A stretch of DNA of 64,000 bases. Source: Schmidtea polychroa. Its lineage: Eukaryota. This document shows, in pieces, positions 29,001-38,863 of this stretch. Location: the NCBI GenBank assembly GCA_044892525.1, contig CM097885.1, positions 107,136,001 to 107,200,000 of the forward strand, in the 5' to 3' direction. The position numbers and the translations under genes are program-made. Every line of letters begins with the position of its first letter. Positions within the stretch are counted from its first letter, which is position 1. The notes beneath the pieces were generated by a model that was given only the letters and a program-made list of their open reading frames with translations, was not told the origin of the DNA and did no database searches.

Positions 29001-29644
29001 AAAAGACTGTATATCGTGTACTTTTACACAATTGGATATACAAATTCGGTAAACCAGATTACATTGTTTCGGAAAGAGGTAAGGTTTTCGAGGGAAATCA
29101 AATCAAAGGGTTAGTTGATAATTTTAACATCGAATGGATATTTACTTCGCCATATGATCATAAGTCTAATGGTTTAGCAGAACGGGTAATACGAACAGTT
29201 CGTGATATGATCGTGAAATTTTTGAGTGATGGTCAAACTGGAGGATGTTGAGACGACATTTTGCCAAAAATTGAATATTCCCTAAACTCAACAACACATA
29301 ATTCTACGGGATTTTCGCCAATGGAAATACTATTTGGAAGAAAGGTTAATATTCATGGAAAGAATTCATTCATAGATTTTAATCGAGAACAAGTATTATT
29401 GACAGCACAGAATAATGTTATGGTAGCGGCAGATAAAATGAGATCAAGAGATGCAGATCAGAAAAGTCATCGGCATTTTGAGGTGGGTCAAAGAGTTCTG
29501 GTAAAAATGGATCCACATAAGAGAGCAAAACATGGTAATTTGTTCGAAGGTCCTGTAAAGGTTCTTGGTTTTCCAACGGATCATCAAGTTGAACTAGAAT
29601 ATCCAGATTTTATAATAAATATATATTTAAAAATAGCGTGTTAG
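26086..29644 (+). mobile_element. Decayed Ty3/Gypsy gag-pol (pseudogenised)
   Basis: Gag with degenerate Cys knuckles (26717..26944), protease LWDTGASVTVM, RT C-terminal half (LRINPKKCSF...FLGH...QLRSFLGLTNYYRKF), RNase H remnant near 28110-28250, integrase (IIDHFSK...SNGLAERVIRT). Many stops and frameshifts; the RT YxDD core appears deleted. Confidence 0.88.
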
Positions 29645-31256
29645 TTTTAATGATTTTTAATGAAAATGTTACTTATTAAATCCATACACAAATAATTATT
29701 TAAAAAATATAAAAATGGTTTCCGAAATACATAGTACAATTAAAGTTATTTAGTTAGAGTTTTCTTTCTACTATGTAAAACTGAAAATTTGAAAAAGAAA
29801 GCTAATTTGTTGTACAACGGAATACAAATTGACATTCTTCATGTCACATTCTATTTGTGAACAAATTAAGCATAAAATGCGTGTTAAAACGGATACACGT
29901 GAAATTCATTACTTATATACTCGACATGCTTTCATACAACTTTATTTTGTAATTCATATAATGCAGTTTTATTATAAATACCAACCCATATTATAGATGT
30001 GTTTATTCAGTGCAAACGGGTGTATCTAGTGATACTCATCTAATAATCTTCACGAACATCTTTATTACTTTATTATCGACCTTCAGATTGCTTGATCCGC
30101 GTTTACAAAATATTTATAATATTATTAATACATTCGCTGCGTTTACGAAATCATGCAAACTGTCAATGCGTTACCGGCAACGTAAGTTATAAAATTAACT
30201 GCATCTGTTTCTTGATTCTCGATAACAATTATGAAAGAAATTATGAATTTTTCATTTTTTTGAGGGAATAATACAAAATTGAAGATAAGCATTGCGTCAT
30301 CCTATAAAAAAACAAAAAGCGTAACAGGAAACACAAAACATTTTATGTATTCAATATATTTAATCCTTTTGTATAATTTGCGCTTTTGCATAATTTGTGT
30401 CTCAGTACGGCATGCAGACGGCCGTAAACGTTGACGAACAAGATGAAACATGCCAGCGGATCGGTAAGTTTCCAGTAGTCTGAGATAAAAATAATGACTA
30501 CTCGTAAATCAATATTTGACAGGTTTATAGCAATTTTATTAGTCTGTATCATAATTAAAATACATCGCATTCGTTTGGTTCCCGTAGCAAGTACTAAAAT
30601 TCTGCTTGCGTATTTATCCGGCTCTCGTATGTGAGACATAAAATTATTTTACGGCTTCATACGGTTCCGTGGCGAAAGAGTTAACATGAAGCCATGATTA
30701 CTTTGTTTTAAATCTTAATTGGTATTTTAGAAGGAAAATATTTTAAAGAAATGAAAACTAATAACATAAAAGACTTTACCTAATTTTAAGTCTAAACCGT
30801 CATTTGTAAAGCTGTTTCCAATAATCGAGACGCCCCTATAATTGAGTGGCAGATGTTTAGATACCATAGTATTATGATGTCCATTTATTGAAACTGCCGG
30901 CGTATAAGGTGGCCTGGGAAAATGCAAATTTTGATTGTAGAAAATATTGTTGAAATGCGAACTTGAATTCGACTGGTCAAGAACATAAATCTAAAATTTG
31001 TCATACAGTATTTCAGTTCACAAAATAAATATAATAATCATTAAAATCTTTTAGTTTCTTGACATTTGATAGGTTTTCATTTACAATTTTGTTTATCTTC
31101 AATTTTTCAAATTATCAACGTATTGTTTTCTATTTAATATAAATTTTCGTCATAGAATTTTACAATTTGTATTGGAAAAGTCTGTGCAGAAAATTCTTAT
31201 TAAATAAAAACAAATTTATTCCGGTTTACATTATTACGGTATTAATAATAAATGTA

Positions 31257-32445
31257 CAGTGGAATCTCGCATAACGAGCATAATTCGTTCCAGAATGTTC
31301 CTCGTAAAGCGAAACACTCGCTAAGCGAAACAACGCTTCCCATATAAATTAATGTAAAATACGATAATTCGTTCCGTGCCGAAAAAAACACTCAAAATAT
31401 TTTATGTACATATACATTTATTGAATGAAAATTATATACATGATCATGTTGTTAAGGATGGTAAATCATCTTGATCTTTCCTTCTGTCGCGGAATAAACC
31501 AACCTGTAATACGAATTCATTTTACAAAAATTAAAAAGTATGCGAAATAATAAGTTTGTTGTAATGATACATAACTAATTTTTTTTTACCAAAAAGCTGT
31601 CTAGTGACGTTTGTTTTTGGCGACGCTTCAAAATTTGGTGAAAAGGCAATACAGCATTATCATTAAATAAATTTGTAGCGCGCATAGCTACTGCTTTATT
31701 GATGTGATATTTCTCAATGTACGACGCAGCAGTTTCCCATGATTTCAACATTTCTCTTATTGCGCCAGAAGATTGCTGTTTTATTGTTCCCTCCTCCTTC
31801 TCTCTCCTCCACAACTTCTTCTTGAGAAACATAATGTAACTCCATTAGCTCTTCAGTGGTCAGATCTTGGCTGTGCTCTCTCACAAGCTCGTGGATATCA
31901 TTGCCATTTACCTCTAGTCCCATGGCCGTGGCCAAAGACACGATCTCGTTAACTACAGATTCCACAGGTAATGTTTCAACCCCCTCAAAGATACATTCGC
32001 CATCACCATCTGGCCAAAGTTTCTTCCACGCAGAAATAAGAGTTCTCTTGGTAACTGCCTCCCATGCCGTTTCGATCATCTTGAGGCCGGCAACTATGTG
32101 GAAGTGATTTTTCAATAAAAATCACAAATAATTATTAAACTTTATACTAAACAAATCACAAAAATCATTGTATAAACACAGGTTTGTAAAAATTTATATC
32201 ATAAGCAAAAGATGCTAGCGGAACAATTGTAAATACATACTGATGTATTCATAAATAATGATAACAATAATAAAGCAAATAATTTTGTTCTTAAATTTTT
32301 GTTTACGTTAATTTTTTTTACAATCCAGGACTTTCACTCGTTATGCGAAAAATCGTTCGTTAAGCGAGTCGTTTTTTTACAATTTATTTTACTCGTTATG
32401 TGAATTTCTCGTTATAAGAGGTGCTCGTTAAGCGAGGTTTCACTG
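31257..32445 (-). mobile_element. Internally deleted Tigger/pogo (Tc1-mariner) DNA transposon
   Basis: TIRs CAGTGGAATCTCGCATAACGAG / CTCGTTAAGCGAGGTTTCACTG with TA TSD. ORFs 31714..32115 and 31575..31832 give the Tigger transposase C-terminus (AWEAVTKRTLISAWKKLWP...KQTSLDSF). Confidence 0.9.
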
Positions 32446-33003
32446 TATTAAGAAATCACTAAAATAATTATGAATGCGAGAAACACTGAGGGATAAGTCT
32501 AACTACATAATAAATGAGCTCTTCTTTAATTTTGAGCTTTGGAACCGGTGTTTTACTGGTGTGTTGTCAGACCTTCTTGCTTACCTTAACCATTGGTCCT
32601 AGCCAGCGTTCTAACAGTACTGTAATATGACACTAAGCATTTAGGACGTATCGAAATGAAATTGTCTGGAAAAACTTTAAGTTATGAAAAAGAACAAATA
32701 TTTTATGTTACAAATTACTTTGAATTATTGAATAATAAAAGATAAATGTGAATGAAAGTGAATCTATCGAAAAATACTGCTTTGTTGACTACTGTTTGGT
32801 GGACTCAGATACCATTTAATAGGATGTTATAATACCTAACCTCTCTACTGAATATTAAGGATTATTGGTCCAATTAAGTACTTAACCTTCACTAAGTCTC
32901 AAGAGATCTGCAATAAAATATTTTATTTTATTTAAATGTTTTCTAATACATGAATATGCGTTGACATTTCATCAATTAATTTCTTTGACCTCTAGTTTAA
33001 TAC

Positions 33004-33942
33004 TCACGAATCTTTAAATTTACCGTCGAATTCTAAACTTTCTAAAGAGGTGTCTCTGTCTGTTAATGTAAGTGAACTTGATATTTCTAGTATTTCAACT
33101 TTTTTCTTGAAGGGATTAACAAAAAGACAATACGTGACAATTATGATAACCAAAGCTATGGCCGAAGCGCAGCTAATTCCGATGGCCAATTGACTCCATG
33201 AATTGAACAGCTGCTGTTCGTTAACTGATTTCATTTTGACTACAGTTTCAACCGTTTGGTTCATTACTCTACATACTAAGATTACGTTTTCATTTTTAAA
33301 ATAATCTTTATCAAGAGTATATTCACCGAAATAATAGCAGGATCTTTCTTCAGTTTTGACGTTAGAAAAACCGTCCGGGACTTCAATTTTCAACTTAAAA
33401 TAATAATTAGATGAAGCAAGATTTTCACAGAAACATAACAAGGTTGACGTTAATTTATCAGTGCTCGTAGTCGAATAGAATCTTAATTCAAAATCGTATT
33501 CCGGGTCATCATAGAATTCAATCAAAATACTAAAAAGAATGTTCGTTAAAATGTCCCCGTCTCCACCACTGTAGAGAAATGTTAGACCTTTCAGAGAATA
33601 TTTTAGACAGTCACTGCCACAATTCCAGTCGCATGTCAAATAGTTTAATTCAACTGAACTGCAATTTCGATAAATTCGAAAACCTGATCCCATATCTTTC
33701 CAACTCGAGCATGTCAATGTGGATACTTTGCTATTATAGATTTCCCTGTTATCTATTTCGTAATATATTATTAAATTCTCTATTTCTGTGGCTGTCGACT
33801 TTATTTCAATAGTAAAATTAATAGATTCTATAGTTAATTTTGGAAATATTTTCTGAATATTTTCTAACAATTTTATCTCTACACAATAGTTTTCCCAAAA
33901 CGATGCCATCAGAATGAGGATAAAAATGCATTTATAATTCAT
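33004..33942 (-). CDS. Uncharacterised type I single-pass membrane protein (312 aa), intronless
   Basis: Signal peptide-like start MNYKCIFILILMASF, Cys-containing ectodomain, TM segment LAIGISCASAIALVIIIVTYCLFV, short Ser/Thr-rich tail. Confidence 0.7.
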   Translation of the reverse strand: MNYKCIFILILMASFWENYCVEIKLLENIQKIFPKLTIESINFTIEIKSTATEIENLIIYYEIDNREIYNSKVSTLTCSSWKDMGSGFRIYRNCSSVELNYLTCDWNCGSDCLKYSLKGLTFLYSGGDGDILTNILFSILIEFYDDPEYDFELRFYSTTSTDKLTSTLLCFCENLASSNYYFKLKIEVPDGFSNVKTEERSCYYFGEYTLDKDYFKNENVILVCRVMNQTVETVVKMKSVNEQQLFNSWSQLAIGISCASAIALVIIIVTYCLFVNPFKKKVEILEISSSLTLTDRDTSLESLEFDGKFKDS

Positions 33943-34036
33943 TTGAAATATAAATTGATAAAATTATTATTGTAAACAGATATTGTAAATAGATTTTATT
34001 TTAATATTTAATTACCTAATTTAAATAGAAAAAAGA

Positions 34037-35183
34037 TCAAAAGGGCCCCGACATAAAGGCTTCCGGCAAAAGGCCTCTGATATAAGGGCCCTGGCAAAAA
34101 CGACCCCTGTCAAAAGGGCCCTCACCAATTGGATCGCGTAGATAGAAAATTGAATTGGATCTTAGTGAATGGTGATAATACACAACTTTATAACTACGTA
34201 CTTTCATGCATTTCATTCTATTATGAAATGCCAGTAAGCAAACCTGACTCTGTTTCTCCTTCTGTAAACAAGTATTTACACACATTAGGAGCCGTTACAT
34301 TTTGCTTGCAAACAAATTTTCCTGGGTTTATTTAATTTGTTTATTTAATAATAATTTTAAAAAAGGGGTCATCCATTTAAGATTGGCGGGTGGAGTCCAA
34401 AGCTGGACAATAATTACAGGGGGATTCTTGCCAAATTTGACGCCCAAAGATAAAGTTTTTCCAAAAGTTACAATTCGTCTTTTTTTTTTGATATTGTGAA
34501 TAAAAGTTTTTAAATCCTTTATAGTTCTTTATGTTCTCACTGAAACAGCAATTAAAGACCCAGTATGCGAAAACCTTTTAATTAACTGCCACTGAATGGT
34601 TGACACATTATGGAGTCCCTGGTATCTCCTTGGCACAAAGATCACAGATTGACAGTGGCTCATTAATTCCAGTTTCTCATATTTATTCTCAAAATCGTTG
34701 TGTGATGCGTCAAGCGATTTTGGATTAAAGTTGGGGAAAAAAATCCAATATTTTTCTGGACGTTCCGGGGGAGGGGGGTCTGGACGTGAGTGGACTGGAG
34801 AATCTAATATTTCTATACGTTTGTTATTACACATGAATATAGTACCATGGAATGGTTTTGGCGAGGGAGTAGTTGGACCAGGAGAGGCCGGAATAGTAAA
34901 TTTGGCACGAATTCGATCAATCTTGTCAGTGAAGAATTCACGGAATGCTTTAGCAAAAGTGGATTTATCATGCTGGTCAGGAAGAGAATATGTGGTGGTG
35001 CGGTGTAAAATAGAATTTAGGGTTTACCAGAGCGAGTGGGGATAAGTGTATAGTTGTTGATTGGGTGTGAAACTTCCAGAAACAGTGTGTTTTTGTTTAC
35101 TCAGTGTTTACGCGGGTCTATTGGCGGGGCCCTTTTGTCCGGTGGCCTTTATGTCGAGGCCGTTATGTCCCGGGTCCTTTTGA
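34037..35183. mobile_element. Non-autonomous TIR element with GC-rich subterminal tandem arrays (MULE/foldback-like)
   Basis: Left array of TCAAAAGGGCCC / ACATAAAGGC units at 34037-34125 and the inverse array ending GGGTCCTTTTGA at 35183. No clear TSD found. Confidence 0.45.
34860..35045 (-). pseudogene. Fragment of a CR1/L2-type LINE ORF2 (region upstream of RT)
   Basis: Minus frame reads HSLW*TLNSILHR...SLPDQHDKSTFAKAFREFFTDKIDRIRAKF, matching the LW..NSLL..R...F..FF..KI..IR pattern of these LINEs. Confidence 0.65.
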
Positions 35184-35508
35184 CGGGTCACCAGAAAAAG
35201 AATTGCTATTTCATTCAGGCATGCCGACCATAAAATTATTTTGTGGGTCAGATGAAATATTCTTTATTTTTAATATTTCATCTGACCCACAAAATAATTT
35301 TATGGTCGGCATGCCTGAATGAAATAGCAATTCTTTTTCTGGTGACCAGTCAAAAGGACCCGGGACATAACGGCCTCGACATAAAGGCCACCGGACAAAA
35401 GGGCCCCGCCAATAGACCCGCGTAAACACTGAGTAAACAAAAACACACTGTTTCTGGAAGTTTCACACCCCATCAACAACTATACACTTATCCCCACTCG
35501 CTCTGGTA
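35024..35508. repeat. Near-perfect inverted repeat (238/237-bp arms, 10-bp spacer)
   Basis: 35024-35261 is the reverse complement of 35272-35508 with about two differences; the mirror ORFs 35104..35322 (+) and 35211..35429 (-) reflect it. Confidence 0.95.
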
Positions 35509-35717
35509 ATAAACTGATATTTAAAAAAAAATTTTATAATAAAATTTTTTACTCTTCATATTAATTGATGAGTACTTTTAATTTTTTAATCTATTGTGTG
35601 TAATGAGGATAGAAGAATTTTTTGGTAAATAATTCTTTAAAAGAAAGAAAAATAATTGTCATAAATATGCAATTTATTTCTATTTATTAAATAACAAAAC
35701 AAACGAATTTCATAATA

Positions 35718-36212
35718 CAGGCATCCCTGGTATAACACGGTATTCGTTATTATTATTACTTATTACACGGTATATGATTTGAGATTAATATAACACGGTT
35801 TTGATATAGCATGAATTTGAAAAATCGAATATGCATTGGAAATTTCAATCTTTGTTTCAATTGCGTTCAATAAAGGCTGCCCTAAAGTTTATGCTGGAAA
35901 TACCACGAATTATTGAAGAGGGAGAATATTCAACAGAACAAATTTTAACGCCGATGAGAAAAAGGTACCAGGTTATAAGCCTTGTAAAGATCGTCCTACC
36001 CTTGACATGTGTAGTAACCTATAGGGAAATTTTGTAGTTAAACCAATAATAAATTGTTCCTTGAATCCCGGAGCATTGTAAAATGTCAATAAGTATCATC
36101 TACCACTTCCCCGGCAAGCAAATAAAAAGGACTGGATGACGTAAAATTTATTTGAAGACTGGTTTAAAAATTGTTTTATTTTAGAAGTAGAAAAACATTT
36201 GAAGAAAATCAC
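35718..36212 (+). mobile_element. Truncated Tigger-like transposon fragment
   Basis: TA|CAGGCATCCC left end with repeated TAACACGGT subterminal motifs, and DDE-domain remnants (IIEEGEYSTEQI; NPxAL; FEDWFKNCFI.EVEKHL). Truncated on the right. Confidence 0.7.
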
Positions 36213-37332
36213 TGTATAACGCTAGGAAGTTTCTTTTCCGCTGTATTTACGGTGTCTACCAATTCATACTTTGCATCCACTTTTGGATATACTTGGATAT
36301 ACTACTTTAACTAAATTCTTTAATAACCCTTTTGTCTCATCGACTTCTAATTGTGACCTTCTAGGCTCTTTTTTATCTCATACAAAGTTCTAAGCTTTTT
36401 AGTAATAATTTCACTATTCATTTCGCTTTTTGATACCTGGCATTCATTTTGTACTTCTGTTATTTTACTTTTATCTTTGTCATTCGTTTCTAAGTCATTA
36501 TTGTCTATTACATTTTAACCTTTAGCTCTATTTTCATTTACATAATCTCCTTTTATATCACCATTTGACCTGACGGACTCATATACTGTATTTGATATCT
36601 GATTTTTAATTACTACTACATAATTCACTAAATATCGTGTATCTGAACGTAAGTATCCGTCTAAATCTAAATCTTGTGGTATAAACCAACAATCGTATAA
36701 ATATTCATCGTCATCTAACTCTTAACCTTTGAATATCAATAGAATAATCCCATCTTTTCACATTCTTTCAGCGGCTCCAATGTTCATCTATATACTCCGT
36801 TTTCCCATCATTTTCATAACCCAAAGCTATTACAAGTGGTTTTAATTTCAACTTGGTCTCTCTAATCTCTTTTCCTAACTTTTGCAATAAGCTAATTAAT
36901 TTCCATTTATACTTCGATCCTTTGATATAATATAATGGCCCTACTACATTTAAAATTTCTAATTTACTATTTTCGTCGAATTCCATTTCCTAAACTAATT
37001 TCAACTATTTGTTAATTTTATTTTATCCCACTCATTTAAAGTTTCTCTCAGTCCCCTTACAATTTTCTGTGGATCACTTTTAACCTTTGTATAATCGCTC
37101 GTCATTTTTGCTATCTTCACTTTATTTTTATTTCCCGATATAAAACTATAATCGATTAAAAGTCATCATTATGTAAACATCGATTTTTAAACTTCAACTT
37201 TAGTAACTGTTTCCCATCGGTCTCTTCTAATCTCTCCTTTAAGTCTTACACAATTTTCTACTTCACACCGAATATAAGCTAGATCTTTATTATTTTCATC
37301 TACAACATCAATCAACATAAAATCTAACCATG
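36213..37332 (-). mobile_element. Decayed retroelement accessory-ORF region (target of the Polinton insertion; continues at 52338-52573)
   Basis: ORF 52330..52554 (...YREITW) continues in frame after the TSD as LDFMLIDVVDENNKDLAYIRCEV. The region is homologous to the ORF at 17..391. Confidence 0.6.
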
Positions 37333-37665
37333 AGTAGTGAGGAATCTATGCACCCCAGCACCCCAACCCTCAAAAAAAACAGCGCTATTGACCCATATTT
37401 TCCACATTTATATGCTTTTTTACCCCATATTCTTCACTTTTTTTAACTTTTAAACTTTGTCCCCTATTGCCATTAACCCTTAATTTCTTCCCTTAAAAGT
37501 AAAAAAGTTCGGAATAGATGTATTTATAGATTAGTAATTCCGAGAAAAGGTAACGGGGTGCATAGATTCCTCACTACTTGGTCTTAAGGATTTAATGTTA
37601 TAAGGATTTAATGTTATAAGAATATCAGATTACCTAATTCATAATGATCTAGGTCGCCTGATCAC
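37333..37665 (+). repeat. Left TIR of the Polinton (333 bp)
   Basis: Reverse complement of 51999-52331; no mismatch found by eye. Confidence 0.95.
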
Positions 37666-38250
37666 CTTAAGGTTTTGAAAGTTTTAAAAATAAAAAATTT
37701 TATGAAAATAGTAAAACTGCTCTGAGGGGACAGTGGTATTTTTTTTTTTTTTTTTTTTTCACTGTCCCCTCAACAGTTTTTTTTGATCCGGATCATTTTT
37801 TTTTTTTTATTTATCAACCTCTTTCGTTTATCAAATCTCTTCCAATATACAAGCTGGCCAGACTCATACATCAGAATCAATCCGATAATAGCAGCACGCC
37901 TTATTATTCGCTTCTCGCTCACGAAGTCGATTTCAACGGCGTTTTAAGCGTGCTGCTCGAAAGTACAAATGAATTCGAAAGCGAATCCGAAAGAGGTCCG
38001 AAAACAACCAAGAAATAAATGTGCACATTATAGAATCGATCCGGGGGTGTTCGAAAGACAGGTGGCGATAATTACCGGTTCGCCACCATCACCCGTTTCA
38101 ATATTTTTTTTTTCATATTTATGTTTAAAAAATAATTAATTAATAAAAAAATAAAATAAAATAAAATAAATAAAATAAAATATACAAGTACTTTATAAAT
38201 ATAAGATACCCACACTATTATTTTCAAATTTTTAATATTATTTTATGTTG

Positions 38251-38333
38251 AAAAAAAACTAACCACAGTTAGGATTTGAACCGCTATCTATTTGAACCAC
38301 TGTGCCGGTCTAGCCCACTGCGCCATCAAGGTT
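38251..38333 (-). ncRNA. tRNA-like Pol III cassette 1
   Basis: A box TGGCGCAGTGG (38315-38325), B box GGTTCAAATCC (38272-38282), T8 terminator (38251-38258). No canonical cloverleaf. Confidence 0.55.
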
Positions 38334-38491
38334 TGAATTTTTGTCATTTTTTAGACTATAAATAATCGATTCAAGTTAAAACGTTTTTGATCTTAAATTT
38401 CCAAGAGTTGCCGTTGACCAATCACCTTTAAAACTTGTACAAGTACTAAATCGAGTATGCTGATCAATATTTTGTTTAAAAAAAAAATTTG

Positions 38492-38572
38492 AAAAAAAAT
38501 GACCGAAATGGGATTTGAACCCATTGGTATTGGCAATGCAGTCGAGTGCTATTACCACTAAGCTATACTCAA
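38492..38572 (-). ncRNA. tRNA-like Pol III cassette 2 (tRNA-Cys-derived appearance)
   Basis: GTATAGCTTAGTGGTAATAGCACTCGACTGCA resembles the 5' half of tRNA-Cys(GCA). Perfect T arm ATGGG-TTCAAAT-CCCAT and T8 terminator, but the anticodon and acceptor stems do not pair canonically. Confidence 0.6.
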
Positions 38573-38725
38573 TATGAAATAAGTTGTTAATGTGTGACTA
38601 TTTATTGATGAAATTAATAATTAATTATTCATTTTCTCGACAACTACCACTCAGATCCATCTGAAAATTTAAATATATACTAAAATCAGTACGCTGAATC
38701 AGATTCCGTTGAAAAAAAAATATCG

Positions 38726-38807
38726 AAAAAAATTGACCAAAATCGAAAATTGAACCCGGTACTCCCGGTGATAAAATTGAAGCCTATTCCCACTCCGCTA
38801 TAATGGC
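38726..38807 (-). ncRNA. tRNA-like Pol III cassette 3
   Basis: A box TAGCGGAGTGG (38790-38800), B-box-like GGGTTCAATT (about 38747-38757), T7 terminator. Confidence 0.5.
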
Positions 38808-38863
38808 TTACATAATATATTTAATTAATCCTATTGTGTGTGTGTAAATTTTAATATATAAAA

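Noticed and set aside
30400-30680. Possible small + strand exon (30406-30463) and a piggyBac-like end GGCGAAAGAGTTAA
   Set aside because: No compatible neighbouring exon and no matching opposite TIR were found.
35104-35429. Two near-identical 72-aa ORFs on opposite strands
   Set aside because: A direct consequence of the inverted repeat; no coding evidence.
37889-37910. TAGCAGCACG equals the first 10 nt of vertebrate miR-16 on a hairpin arm
   Set aside because: A 10-nt match can arise by chance, the rest does not match, and the host does not look vertebrate. Kept only as part of the structured-island finding.
38492-38572. Functional tRNA-Cys gene
   Set aside because: Anticodon stem and acceptor stem do not pair, so it is called tRNA-like rather than tRNA.
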